From Candidatus Poribacteria bacterium (GTDB lineage: Bacteria; Poribacteria; WGA-4E; WGA-3G), in the NCBI GenBank assembly GCA_965198235.1, contig OZ240248.1, positions 1,024,001 to 1,088,000 on the forward strand: a DNA stretch of 64,000 bases. The letters are read 5' to 3'. Positions 28,546 through 38,800 of the stretch are shown one piece after another (positions within the stretch are counted from its first letter, which is position 1; each line of letters begins with the position of its first letter). A program made the translations under genes and the position numbers. The notes under the pieces are model-generated. The model worked only from the letters and a program-made list of their open reading frames with translations. It had not been told where the DNA came from and did not search any database.

Positions 28546-30252
28546 GTGAAAAACGAAGATGTTGATCTGATCCAGCGCATCTTGTCGGGTGATGAAAGTG
28601 CGTTCACTGCACTGGTGGAAAGGCACCGGAAATGGGTTCATTCACTCGCGTGGCGTGAAATCGGTGATTTCCACGCCGCACAGGAGATTACGCAGGACAC
28701 CTTCATCCAGGCTTTTAAGTCGCTTCCAAGTTTGAGAGACCCCAATCGTTTTTCAGGGTGGTTACATGTAATAGCGAAGCGTCAGTGCATTGAGTGGCTG
28801 CGGCGGAAGCCGATGACGATGCAGTCGCTGGATGCAATGCCGAAAGCCGAATTAGAGAGGTTGTCCTATGTGCAATATCTTGAGGAAGAGCAGTCACAGG
28901 CGTCAACAGATGGATTGCGTGAAGTCGTGGAACGTCTCCTCCAAAAGCTGCCAGTCAATGAACGTTCTGTGATGGTATTGCACTATTACAAAGGTTTGAC
29001 GTGTGAAGAGGTGAGTGCGCTTTTGGATGTATCGCTGAACACGGTAAAGAGTCGGTTGTACCGCGCTCGGAAACGATTGGAGACGGAGGAATCAATGCTT
29101 CGAGAAACCTTAGGCACAAATATGTTAGAAAGCCAACCGCGCCGCGTTGACTTTCAAGCGACTGCAGCAACGGAAACCGGTAAACATTTAGCAGAAGGCG
29201 GTTTCGACTTCAACCATACCGATAAGATTTTCACATCTTCTGGCTTTCATACGAGAGGACGTGGTAATGGCGATCCATCACCGATGTACATGTTGCTGCA
29301 CTATCTTAACCACGGTTGGATTGACATCTTTAGGTTCCCTTTGGTTGTCGGCAGTTCTTGGGAACAAGAGGGTGCTTGGAAATCACATGCGAGGACGACC
29401 TTAGAGGGTTATGAAACGATAAGTGTATCCGCAGGTACTTTCTCGATGTGCCTAAAACATAAAACTGTTTTCACGGACGCTGACGTTGAAGATGCCGATG
29501 CTGAATTGCGAAACGCGCTTGTAAATGGGACGCGTTATCTGTGGTTCGCGAAGGGCGTTGGGCTCGTGAAGATGCGCTATGAGCACGCTAATGGTGTCGT
29601 CACGGAAGCCGAATTGATTAAGTATGAAATTCCGAGGCAGGACGAAGAATATCTCCCCGCGCAGATAGGCACGCGGTGGACATACAAATGGCATAACACC
29701 TATCGCGACGAAGCAGTTATTGAAGAATGGCACGTCATCAGAAATTTCCGTCGGTTAGAAAATCTTGAGAACCCGATGGAACTTGCGTCGGCAAGGTATG
29801 AAGTCAAGATTGATGCTGATAATCCGCGTCTGGCGACTGTCGAGTGTGTGCTAACGCCGAAAGCCAGCAGCGACACAAAAGAGGAGCGAAAACCGTTGCT
29901 GTTATCCATGAGTCGTTTTGGGACTGAATGGCTGGACGATGGATATGGTCATTATCTACGAGACTTGACTGTTACCGATGCGAATGGAAAGGCTCTTGTC
30001 ATCGAGGAAATTGACAAAACGCAGTGGGCGGTTGAAACACGCGATGAATCGCCTGTAACACTGCACTACAAGGCACTACTAAATCATGATGAGCGGGAGT
30101 GGCATTGGGGCAGGGATGAAGCCCCTTATGCCCAAAACGACTGTGTTTTCTGGCCCGGATATGCGCTGTTTATTGTCGGTGAAGTAGACGATGTTGAACT
30201 GTGTATTGATGTACCTTATACGTATAAGCCATCAACGCTGAGAGGATATTGA
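28546..30252 (+). CDS. ECF sigma factor with long C-terminal extension, probably truncated near 30215
   Basis: Region 2 (AQEITQDTFIQAF, FSGWL) and region 4 (LP..ER...L.Y..GLTCEEV..LL.VS.NTVKSRLYRAR). The last residues come from the antisense of IS982. Confidence 0.85.
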   Translation: MKNEDVDLIQRILSGDESAFTALVERHRKWVHSLAWREIGDFHAAQEITQDTFIQAFKSLPSLRDPNRFSGWLHVIAKRQCIEWLRRKPMTMQSLDAMPKAELERLSYVQYLEEEQSQASTDGLREVVERLLQKLPVNERSVMVLHYYKGLTCEEVSALLDVSLNTVKSRLYRARKRLETEESMLRETLGTNMLESQPRRVDFQATAATETGKHLAEGGFDFNHTDKIFTSSGFHTRGRGNGDPSPMYMLLHYLNHGWIDIFRFPLVVGSSWEQEGAWKSHARTTLEGYETISVSAGTFSMCLKHKTVFTDADVEDADAELRNALVNGTRYLWFAKGVGLVKMRYEHANGVVTEAELIKYEIPRQDEEYLPAQIGTRWTYKWHNTYRDEAVIEEWHVIRNFRRLENLENPMELASARYEVKIDADNPRLATVECVLTPKASSDTKEERKPLLLSMSRFGTEWLDDGYGHYLRDLTVTDANGKALVIEEIDKTQWAVETRDESPVTLHYKALLNHDEREWHWGRDEAPYAQNDCVFWPGYALFIVGEVDDVELCIDVPYTYKPSTLRGY

Positions 30253-31132
30253 CTTGAAAGTTTTCAAAACTCCGATGCCGAGTGTGTTGAAGTTGCGTCT
30301 GACTTTTCAGTTGACCTCTCACTGTCTCAATGAGCATCCGTTTTTTGAGCATCACCTCATCATAGGTGGATAAGGGTTGAGGTTTCATGTTCTTGCGAAC
30401 TTTGTAAATCAAGTCAACATCTTGGGTTTTCAAAGTTTGCCGCAACTCTTGGGAGATATAGCCCTTATCGGCATAAAGTTTGCCAAATACCGATTGCGTC
30501 AACTTTCCGACGGGCACCCGATCCTCTATATTCCCCGGGGTGAACTCAGCACCGAGGCGGTCGCCTTGCGTGTTGATGAGTAGATGAAGTTTGAACCCAT
30601 AGAAGCATCCGAGCGAGGTTTTGCCACGCTCTGCTTCTTCGGCAAAGACGCGATGCCTTGGAATACGCCGATTCTCGCAAACCGGGAGTCGGGTGGAATC
30701 CATGAAAGAAACACCCTCGCAGCTCCCGAATCGTGTGTAAAGATAAACAGACAACGCAAGCAGCACTTCCGGCATGAGTGCGACAAAGCGGTTGTAGCTC
30801 ACAAGGTTTGGAAACGCCCACCGCAAGTGGCGGCAAACCTCTTTGAGGTAAGAGTCCTTGAAAGTCCGATACCGACTTTGGTGAAAGTTTACGAGGATCG
30901 TCATCACCTCGCTGGGATGTAGCCTCCGGGGGCGTCCGCGTTTTTCAAGTGGCGATGTTCCCGGGAGTGGGTGTTCTGCCTGATATTTTTCAAATGCCAG
31001 AAAGAAGTCGTCTATTTCACAGAAAAGTGATACGATATGCATGGAGAACTCCTTTTGTGAGGGTTTAGCTTACCTCATTATACCAAAGGGGTTCTCTCTA
31101 AAAAACTCCTATTTTTTTATGGAACTCACGTT
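30215..31132 (-). mobile_element. IS982-family element lacking its 3' end; transposase ORF 30170-31042
   Basis: DST, FYGFKLH, ADKGYIS, KRMLIETV, HTRHRS motifs; terminal AACGTGAGTTCC at 31132-31121 with no partner IR found. Confidence 0.85.
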
Positions 31133-31179
31133 ATTGTATCATAATCTTGGTTTAGACGGTGGCCTAAATTTCCGATGGC

Positions 31180-31357
31180 AGTACACCAGCTGGAAAAGCA
31201 GAGCAACGGGAAACCGGTCTGATAAAAGAGAAAGCCTGCTTGCTGGATATGTATACCGAAGAACGCGCAGAGCGTCGCGCACTCCAGCCACCGCCACCAG
31301 TTGATAACGGAACGCCGAGTTGGTGGGATAGGCTGACAGGCAGGAATTCAGGCTGAA
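31180..31357 (+). pseudogene. C-terminal remnant of a coiled-coil protein of the plasmid DNA-binding type
   Basis: Manual translation ...KAEQRETGLIKEKACLLDMYTEERAERRALQPPPP...SWWDRLTGRNSG*, with no start codon. Confidence 0.35.
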
Positions 31358-31406
31358 CAGGTTGGATAGCAATCACACCACCAGAGAATCAGGGAGGGAC
31401 ATTTTT

Positions 31407-31913
31407 ATGAGGAAAATCGCAGTATTTGTCGCCTGTATTTTATTTTATGCAAGCGTAGCACCAATTGTAGCGTCTACGAGTGAGATCGCAGAGGCACGGA
31501 TCGCGGGCGAAAATGACACGAAAGGTTTCTATTGGCAATGGTTTTCTGCCGGCTATCTTTCCACCCACGCCTCATCGATATTGTTACTGTCGGCTGTTTG
31601 GTTCATCGAAGAATTCAGTTTAGATGGGATACCTGATAATATTAGTCCAAGTCATTGTGCCGCGGCATACGGAATCTTAGCACTTACACCCACAGCGTTT
31701 GCCCTGATCCACTCACCAGTTCCTCCAGCAGACCGTCTTTTAGGGAAATCACCTGATTGGGTAAATGCTTATACCCAAGCGTATCAGAAAGGCATGAAGC
31801 GATACAGAGCGGAATCCAGCGTTGCTGGGTGTTTTGCGGGGACAGTAACCTTTGCAGCCACGGTTTATCTGATTTTTGCCGCCACCAGTGGAGGCACACC
31901 GGGAAGCAATTAA
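31407..31913 (+). CDS. Hypothetical membrane protein
   Basis: GGAGG RBS, signal-like N-terminus, several hydrophobic segments. Confidence 0.65.
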   Translation: MRKIAVFVACILFYASVAPIVASTSEIAEARIAGENDTKGFYWQWFSAGYLSTHASSILLLSAVWFIEEFSLDGIPDNISPSHCAAAYGILALTPTAFALIHSPVPPADRLLGKSPDWVNAYTQAYQKGMKRYRAESSVAGCFAGTVTFAATVYLIFAATSGGTPGSN

Positions 31914-32127
31914 TGCAAAAAAGGCTATACACAGCCAGCATAAGCACACTGCACCCTGCAGTAGGTTAAAGATCAGAGACTTCGCAGGTGTGCTGCGCCG
32001 ATTCTGATAGTGTGTAGCACACCTTTTTTCGCGCGCAAAACCCGCAAAACTCGACTTACCTGGACAATCACACGCCAAGCCCGCGCATTCACACTACGAC
32101 AGGAAAAGCAACAGGATAGTAGGCAAA

Positions 32128-32524
32128 TGACAGCGAGAGAGCAAAACGAATTTTGCCAAAAGATTATTCAAATCATCGGCACACAACCACGTATCAAAAA
32201 GGTGCAAGAGGGGTTATATTGCTGGCGGTGGATAGTTGCCAATAGCGAATTTTGTGTTTACTTGCACGGCAACGATGTCGACGAAATTGGGTTAGTGCTG
32301 TTCAATCAAAAAAACTATACTCAAACCTCGAAAGAGATACCACCGTTGAGATCGTCATAAAAGAGGCAGAAATCTTTGCAGAAGATCACGCTTTTAGACT
32401 CTCACCACCGAGCAAAAAAAAATGCTCGTTCTGTGCAGAACTTTTGCGAGGAGAGTCAACCGTCTGCCGATACTGCCACCGCCACCAACAAAGAATAGAA
32501 AACCGAACTGGTGACAACGCTTAA
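32128..32524 (+). pseudogene. Frameshifted protein with C-terminal zinc ribbon
   Basis: ORFs 32010-32360 and 32252-32524 join if the A7 run at 32308-32314 were A8; KKCSFCAE...CRYC. Confidence 0.5.
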
Positions 32525-32734
32525 CGGGAAGATAGAACGTCCCTGGCAAGGATAGCATTTTGCAAGTCCATCTTCAAGGCTTATGATAAACACGACAAGA
32601 ACGGGCATATACCAAGTCCAGATAGATAGAGTCTATTTTAGTCTCACAACAAATATTAAAAAAGGGATTTCTCTTTAAACGTTTCCGCCTGTTAGATCGC
32701 CAGATCAATATGGGCGAAATACAAGGAGAAAGTT

Positions 32735-32852
32735 ATGTTTTTCACCGATATAGAGAATCTGCTCATCCTTCTATACATTGCAGTAGGTATATATCTCGCT
32801 CACCGAGCCTACAAATCTACTCCAAAGTCAAGACTTTGGATAGCATTAGTTT
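32735..32852 (+). pseudogene. Small membrane-protein gene interrupted by an IS
   Basis: AAGGAG RBS; the reading frame resumes after 34404 when the IS is removed (…WIALV|CAEFQSKRSLRGKWTLQ*). Confidence 0.45.
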
Positions 32853-34398
32853 CCTTGTTTTTGTCCAATGAAGGCGTGGTGTCATTTCTTGTTTTGGAGC
32901 GTGTGAATGTAGAAAAGACGTGCCATTGAGAGCCGAAAAAGGTTATCATAGAAGTCTAATAACCTAAGCCTTTGGAGGTTCTCAATGGCAAAGAGGAGTA
33001 TAACAAGAAAACGAAAAGAAAGGAAGAAAAAAAGATGGGTTGTGGCACCACAGGTGCCGTTGTGTGCGCTGGGTGAAGTGTTGCGGAGGAAAGCGGTATT
33101 TCAGGAGCTGCACGACAATGTTTGCATACCGCAGAAAACGATTCGGTATCGTCCAACGGATAAGTTAGTTTTTCTGGTGTTAGGGATGCTGTCAGGTGCC
33201 GAGACGGTCTATGAAATCAATACCCAGGTGCGCCCGGATGCTGTGTTGTTAGAAGCGTTTGGGTATCCAAGGTGTGCGGATGCCTCGGTGATTCATCAGA
33301 CGTTAGATGCGGCAACCGAGGACACCGTGGCAGAACTCGAAGGTGTCTTAGCGAGTCTCCGTGCGAAGCAGGGGCGTATGGCTGAGAAGTCTTGGGTTTC
33401 TCAAGGGGGGATACGGGTGGATATAGACCTCTCGGCCCTACCGGTTTCTCGGCATGCCGAGGGAGCAAAGAAAGGGTATGTGGCGACAATGCGCAATCAG
33501 TACACCCGGCAGCTCGCACGGCTGGTGTGCGGGAATACCCAAGAGGTTCTCTGTAATACATTATACGCCGGCAACACCCGCAGTGATGCCGTTTTCAAGA
33601 CGATGATTGGCAAACTTGAAACCGCATTGGCACTTGATACACCTGAAAAACGCAGCGATGTTCAACTTCGATTTGATGCCGGGTTCGGCACAGATGCCAA
33701 TATCAATTATGCTTTGTGGCGAGGGTATCAACTCCTTGGGAAAATGTATACCACGCGCCGTATCAAGAAGTTGGTGGAGACAGTGGAAACCTGGGAATCC
33801 GTGCCAACGCAGAAAGGCATCTGTGGCAGAGAAGCCGGGTGGGTGTCTCAACCGCATCGGTATGCGAGGCGGACCGTCCAAGTCGCCGTGAGAATACCGA
33901 AAAAAGATGGCACTTGGAGTTATGCGGTGTTGGTCTCAACCCAGACCTCTGCGAGTCTGGCAACCCTCGTCTCTGAATACGACCAGCGCAGTGGCACCCC
34001 AGAGAGCTCTTTCTGTCAGGATTATCAGGCACTCTCGCTGCGGAAATACCGAAAATCAGGGTTTATCGCCCAACAAGTTTTGCTCTGACTTGCCCAACTG
34101 GCACATAACTTGATGATTTGGATCAAGCAGTGGCTCCTGGAGGCAGTCGCAGCACCTGCGGACATCTCAGAAAAGGGTGCCATCGAGCGGCATCAGGCGC
34201 AACAGATGCTTCAAGACCGCGGACTCAAACGGATGAGGCGAGACGTTTTGGCGGTCCCGGGAAAAGTCCGCTTTCAGGGGAAGCAGGTCATTGGGATACG
34301 GCTCAACCCTTTATATCCCTTGATACAACACGTCTCCACCGCATGCAACGCACTCTTTGAACACTATGACATGTAGGTGTTATTGGACAAAACATAGG
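32853..34398 (+). mobile_element. IS1380/IS4-like DDE insertion sequence (1546 bp); transposase 32985-34376 split by in-frame TGA at 34086-34088
   Basis: IRs CCTTGTTTTTGTCCAATGA / TTATTGGACAAAACATAGG; 6-bp TSD TAGTTT (32847-32852 and 34399-34404); VDID, RFDAGF, YDQR motifs. Confidence 0.88.
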
Positions 34399-34518
34399 TA
34401 GTTTGTGCAGAATTCCAATCCAAACGCTCACTGCGAGGCAAGTGGACACTACAATAACTGTTTTACCGAACTCACATGAGAGCAAGGATATTCACAATGC
34501 GAATCGGAGGGAATACCA

Positions 34519-35361
34519 ATGAAATGGTTAGCATTTCTTTTTATCGTTGTACTATTCACAACAAACCAAGCGACTGCTGAATTGGACCGTGACCTCGTCG
34601 TTTATTTTACCTTTGACAAGGTAAAAGGCAAGAAGATTCTTGATGCGTCCGGCAACGATCTTGATGCCGAAGCCGTTGCAAATATAGATTTTGTCGAAGG
34701 CAAATATGGGGATGCGATTCATATTGCCGCTGAAGCGAAAGATGATGATTGCGTCCATGTTCCTGCTGACGATCTGCTAAGGATCGAAGATGAGATAACA
34801 ATGATGGCGTGGGTGTATCATGAAGATTGGAACACGGTTTCGGGACAGTTGTTTGATAACGGGAGCCACATCTTGGGTGAGGAGAAGAAGTCCTATGGCT
34901 TAGGGCTATTCCCTGATCCCGAAAATCCCGGATTTCTGAGGAATTTTAATGATCCAAATATCGTAATGCGCTTGGGCGGAGTCTCGGACGGGCGTAGAGA
35001 GCTTACGTGGAGTTTCTGGACCTGGGGGCAGATGGTGGATAAAGAGTGGCATCATATCGCTGGGACTTACGATGGTAGGACCAAGAGAATTTATCTGGAT
35101 GGCGAAATTCTTTCTGATGACGAAATAGTGGACTTTGAGTTCATAGGTACTAATGACGCGGACCTGCGCATCGGGTGTGCCAAGAACCACTCACAATATA
35201 CCTTCAAAAATGGTTCAATTGACGAAGTAGGCTTATGGCGACGCGCCCTGACTCAATCTGAAATCAGGGAAGTAATGAGAGGTGCTTTGGCGGTTTCACC
35301 CAAGGATAAGGTTGCCACCACTTGGGGCGATATTAAGCATAGGGCAGGCACTGACGAATAG
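34519..35361 (+). CDS. Secreted LamG/concanavalin-like protein
   Basis: Signal peptide, WHHIAGTYDG...IYLDG, GSIDEV, tail AVSPKDKVATTWGDIK. Confidence 0.88.
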   Translation: MKWLAFLFIVVLFTTNQATAELDRDLVVYFTFDKVKGKKILDASGNDLDAEAVANIDFVEGKYGDAIHIAAEAKDDDCVHVPADDLLRIEDEITMMAWVYHEDWNTVSGQLFDNGSHILGEEKKSYGLGLFPDPENPGFLRNFNDPNIVMRLGGVSDGRRELTWSFWTWGQMVDKEWHHIAGTYDGRTKRIYLDGEILSDDEIVDFEFIGTNDADLRIGCAKNHSQYTFKNGSIDEVGLWRRALTQSEIREVMRGALAVSPKDKVATTWGDIKHRAGTDE

Positions 35362-35481
35362 ATCTTTGTCCCTAAGAGTAGAATATCTTTTTATAGGGCA
35401 GCTTCTGAATTGTTTATGCCCATCATAAACTTCACAGCTGCTACGAGTGCCTCTTAACTGATAACCCCATGAGGTAAGTTT

Positions 35482-37005
35482 ATGCGGACACTTTGGCTCA
35501 TTATCCAACGAGAATTCGTCTCAAATGTGTTGACATCCCGATTCATGATAGGGTTTATCGTGTGCCTGCTTTCAACAGCCGTCGCGGTTTTCGTTCAGGT
35601 GGACGATTATGAGAAGCGTTTGTCGGGGTATAACACTGCCGTCCGGGAGGCGAAGACGGAAGCGCGGGACTGGGATCTCTATGTCGACATCAAACCGAAA
35701 GCCCACCGAAAACCGAATCCGCTGAGTATCTTTAACGTTGGAACGGAGAATGATGGGGCAAATACGGTCACTGTTGAACTGGGAAAACCTATCTTTGAAT
35801 TCTCCTCCCCTATGTGGGGAGCACCGACACAGAAGCGAGGCTCAAACAACCCCTTCCTTGCAATGTTCCTGACTGTTGATGTGGTTTTTATCTTCAAAAT
35901 TGTGCTCAGTGCCTTAGCGATTCTGTTCGCTTACAATACCGTTTCGGGAGAGAGAGAAGACGGCACACTAAAGCTTGTGTTATCCAATTCAATACCGAGG
36001 GATACAGTGGTTTTGGGTAAATATCTCGGTGGAATGCTGTCGCTGTTCCCAATTGTATTGGTGAGTTTAATCGTAGCACTGCTAATCGCTGTCTCTTCCC
36101 CAGTTACCGGCTTTGATGGAAACGATATTGCCCACATCGTCCTGATATTCGGTGTTTCGTTGTTGTACGTGTCGACATGGTATCTATTAGGACTCCTCTT
36201 GTCAGTTTGGACAAAGGAAGCCGCAACAACGTTAATCCTTTCGATGTTTATCTGGGTGGTTCTGACGAGTGTTCATGCGAATGTTGTAACGTTTGCAGTG
36301 GATAAATTCTCGCCCTATCAGTCGCAATCTGAGGGGGCATTTCTCCAACCTGCTTTCGATGTCTGGGACGAGTACAAAAAAGAACGGGATGCCTACTTCA
36401 AACAGAGAGGCTACGATGATTTGAAAGAGTCAATTACTTGGGAACCTGAGACGAGTTCAACGGGGTTAGGCTCGCATTCCTATACTGGAGGCTATTTCAG
36501 AATAAGGCGTTATAGCGTCACAAATGTTAGCAAAGCGGACACCACTATCTTCCAAGAACTTTTAGGGTATCAAGAGCGGCTTCGGAGCGAATATGCGAAT
36601 AAAGCGGAGGAGATTCTCAACAAACCTGCGGCAGAACGAGAGTGGGATGCAAAGCTCGCAGACGCACTCTCCCGTATCTCGTTTGCAGATGTATATCACT
36701 TCGCTGTCGGGACAATAGCAGGAACCGACCGGCAGAGTTACAACGATTTTATTGAGGGTTCCAGAGCCTATAAACGTGAGATTGTTGAGTATCTGAAAGA
36801 TAAAGAGGCGTTTTCTTCACGGGCATGGTTCTCCACTGACAAGGGGGCTGCGGATTTAGCATATCTGCCTGTTTTTAAACATAAAAGGCTCTCTATCTCA
36901 GAAAGCTTCGTACGTGCGTCAGTGGATATTTTGATTTTATTGGCATGGAATATTGTTCTATTCATGACGGCTTATGTGTCCTTCCTTCGATATGATATGA
37001 GTTAA
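35482..37005 (+). CDS. ABC-2 type transporter permease
   Basis: I.REF..., SGEREDGTLKLVLSN..PR..V.LGK, multiple TM segments. Confidence 0.88.
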   Translation: MRTLWLIIQREFVSNVLTSRFMIGFIVCLLSTAVAVFVQVDDYEKRLSGYNTAVREAKTEARDWDLYVDIKPKAHRKPNPLSIFNVGTENDGANTVTVELGKPIFEFSSPMWGAPTQKRGSNNPFLAMFLTVDVVFIFKIVLSALAILFAYNTVSGEREDGTLKLVLSNSIPRDTVVLGKYLGGMLSLFPIVLVSLIVALLIAVSSPVTGFDGNDIAHIVLIFGVSLLYVSTWYLLGLLLSVWTKEAATTLILSMFIWVVLTSVHANVVTFAVDKFSPYQSQSEGAFLQPAFDVWDEYKKERDAYFKQRGYDDLKESITWEPETSSTGLGSHSYTGGYFRIRRYSVTNVSKADTTIFQELLGYQERLRSEYANKAEEILNKPAAEREWDAKLADALSRISFADVYHFAVGTIAGTDRQSYNDFIEGSRAYKREIVEYLKDKEAFSSRAWFSTDKGAADLAYLPVFKHKRLSISESFVRASVDILILLAWNIVLFMTAYVSFLRYDMS

Positions 37006-37095
37006 AAAGGAGGGTTATCAGTTGTCCGTTGTCAGGAGAATGGCTGACTGCTATCTTCCTGACCGCTGATTGCTGATGGCTCATGGCTATTAAAA

Positions 37096-38541
37096 ATGAT
37101 TTTACACATTGCAAAAAAAGAAATTCATCACAATCTCACGACACTCCGGTTTGCGTTGATGATAATCCTCCTACCCGTTTTGTTTGTGGCGAACGCACTG
37201 ATATATAGCCTCGGCGATAATGGTTATACTACGCAGATTAATGGCTACAACGAACGGGTGAGACAAAATAGAAAGCATATTAAAGAGCAAGCGAACGTAA
37301 GTTTAGCGGAGTTGGCACTTAGGGGACCTGGGGATATCCCGAAACACCCCAGTCGTCTGATATTCTGTGCCGGTGGCGTTGATGAAGTCGTATCGCGTTC
37401 TATTAAATTGAAAAGCGATTACAATTTTAGTCGCAGTAGCGGTATTGAGGATGAGGACTACGCGTGGCGACATCCATTGAGATTAGAGTATGAGGTCGTA
37501 AGTTCCGGCAGCAACTCGACAGGACGTGTCAAGATCAACTGGGTTTTCATCGGTGTCCTGATGAGTTTCTTTGCAATCTTGTTCACGTTCGACGCTGTCG
37601 CTGGAGAACGGATGCGCGGCACGTTGAGCCTGATAATGTCGAACACGGTCTCGCGCGGACAGGTATTGTTAGGGAAATATCTCGGTGCGTTTGTGACACT
37701 CATAGTGCCACTTGTTATGGGTGTCCTCATAAACCTCTTAATCATTCTTCTCATGGGCAGCATTCCATTTGATTCGGCAGATTGGCTGAGAATTGTGGGT
37801 ATAGTCGGACTTTTTGCGTTGCACATCTCTGTCTTTATTTTTCTCGGGTTGTTTTTTTCAAGTCGCGTTTCAAATGCTATTACAAGTTTGGTGTGGCTCC
37901 TATTAACTTGGGTCTGTTTGGCTTATGTTTTCCCGAGTTTACTTGGTACCTTTGTCAGCAATCTAAATCCGATACCGTCCGTTGATGAAATTTCCATGCG
38001 AAGACAGACACAATTAGACCAGATTGAAGACGAGTGGCAACGGGGTTCCCCAAAGAGGTTACAGAAATCACCTTCCCTCGAAAGAATTTCCGTGACACGT
38101 CTCTGGGCGGAATACTTCACAGCAATCAACAATACAGATACACAAATTGGCGATGGACACATCGACCAACAACTCCAGCAGGTACAACTCGCCCGTGATC
38201 TCACCCAAATCTCTCCGATAGCGACTTTTCAGTATGCGATGGAAGGACTTGCGAACACGAGTATTGTCGGTTATATGAATTTCGTCAAACAGGCGCGCCG
38301 CTATCGACAGACGTTCATAGACTTCGTTAAAACAGAAGACCAGGGTGACCCAGAAAGCCTACATATCTATCCTGTGAGAGAAGGATTGTCCCAGAAATCG
38401 GTGGATCCGAATGCTGTCCCCGTATTTTCGGAACAGATTTCCTACCGGAGTGTGTTATCCCAAGTCGGTTTACTGGTGCTCTTTAATCTGCTCTTCTTTG
38501 TTATCGCGCAGGTCTCATTTTTGGTGAGCGAGGTAAAATAA
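37096..38541 (+). CDS. ABC-2 type transporter permease (paralog)
   Basis: IAKKE..., AGERMRGTL.L.MSN.VSR.Q.LLGK. Confidence 0.88.
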   Translation: MILHIAKKEIHHNLTTLRFALMIILLPVLFVANALIYSLGDNGYTTQINGYNERVRQNRKHIKEQANVSLAELALRGPGDIPKHPSRLIFCAGGVDEVVSRSIKLKSDYNFSRSSGIEDEDYAWRHPLRLEYEVVSSGSNSTGRVKINWVFIGVLMSFFAILFTFDAVAGERMRGTLSLIMSNTVSRGQVLLGKYLGAFVTLIVPLVMGVLINLLIILLMGSIPFDSADWLRIVGIVGLFALHISVFIFLGLFFSSRVSNAITSLVWLLLTWVCLAYVFPSLLGTFVSNLNPIPSVDEISMRRQTQLDQIEDEWQRGSPKRLQKSPSLERISVTRLWAEYFTAINNTDTQIGDGHIDQQLQQVQLARDLTQISPIATFQYAMEGLANTSIVGYMNFVKQARRYRQTFIDFVKTEDQGDPESLHIYPVREGLSQKSVDPNAVPVFSEQISYRSVLSQVGLLVLFNLLFFVIAQVSFLVSEVK

Positions 38542-38592
38542 CACAACATGAACATCTTAAAGCCGTTCATATCCGCGTCTCGGTCAAGGTTC

Positions 38593-38690
38593 ACCAGAAA
38601 CCATCGTGAAATGAAATTAGGTTTCCTTAAATGGCGTAATTTGTCTTTGCTTTACATTTGGAACGATGCCCAAGAGTGCATAGTTTAAAA
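38593..38690 (+). repeat. Family A repeat with nested 41-bp insert
   Basis: Near-identical to 5941-6038. Confidence 0.8.
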
Positions 38691-38800
38691 ACCTTGCTGT
38701 TTTGTGGAGAATCTGTTAAAGTTAATCGCTAAATGTATCGTATTGAGTTTCTCCAAATTTCTGAGGCACACGCCTATTCAATTCCTACAAGATATGTATA

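Noticed and set aside
34086-34088. Selenocysteine at the transposase TGA
   Set aside because: Hydrophobic helix context with no redox motif; a nonsense mutation is more likely.
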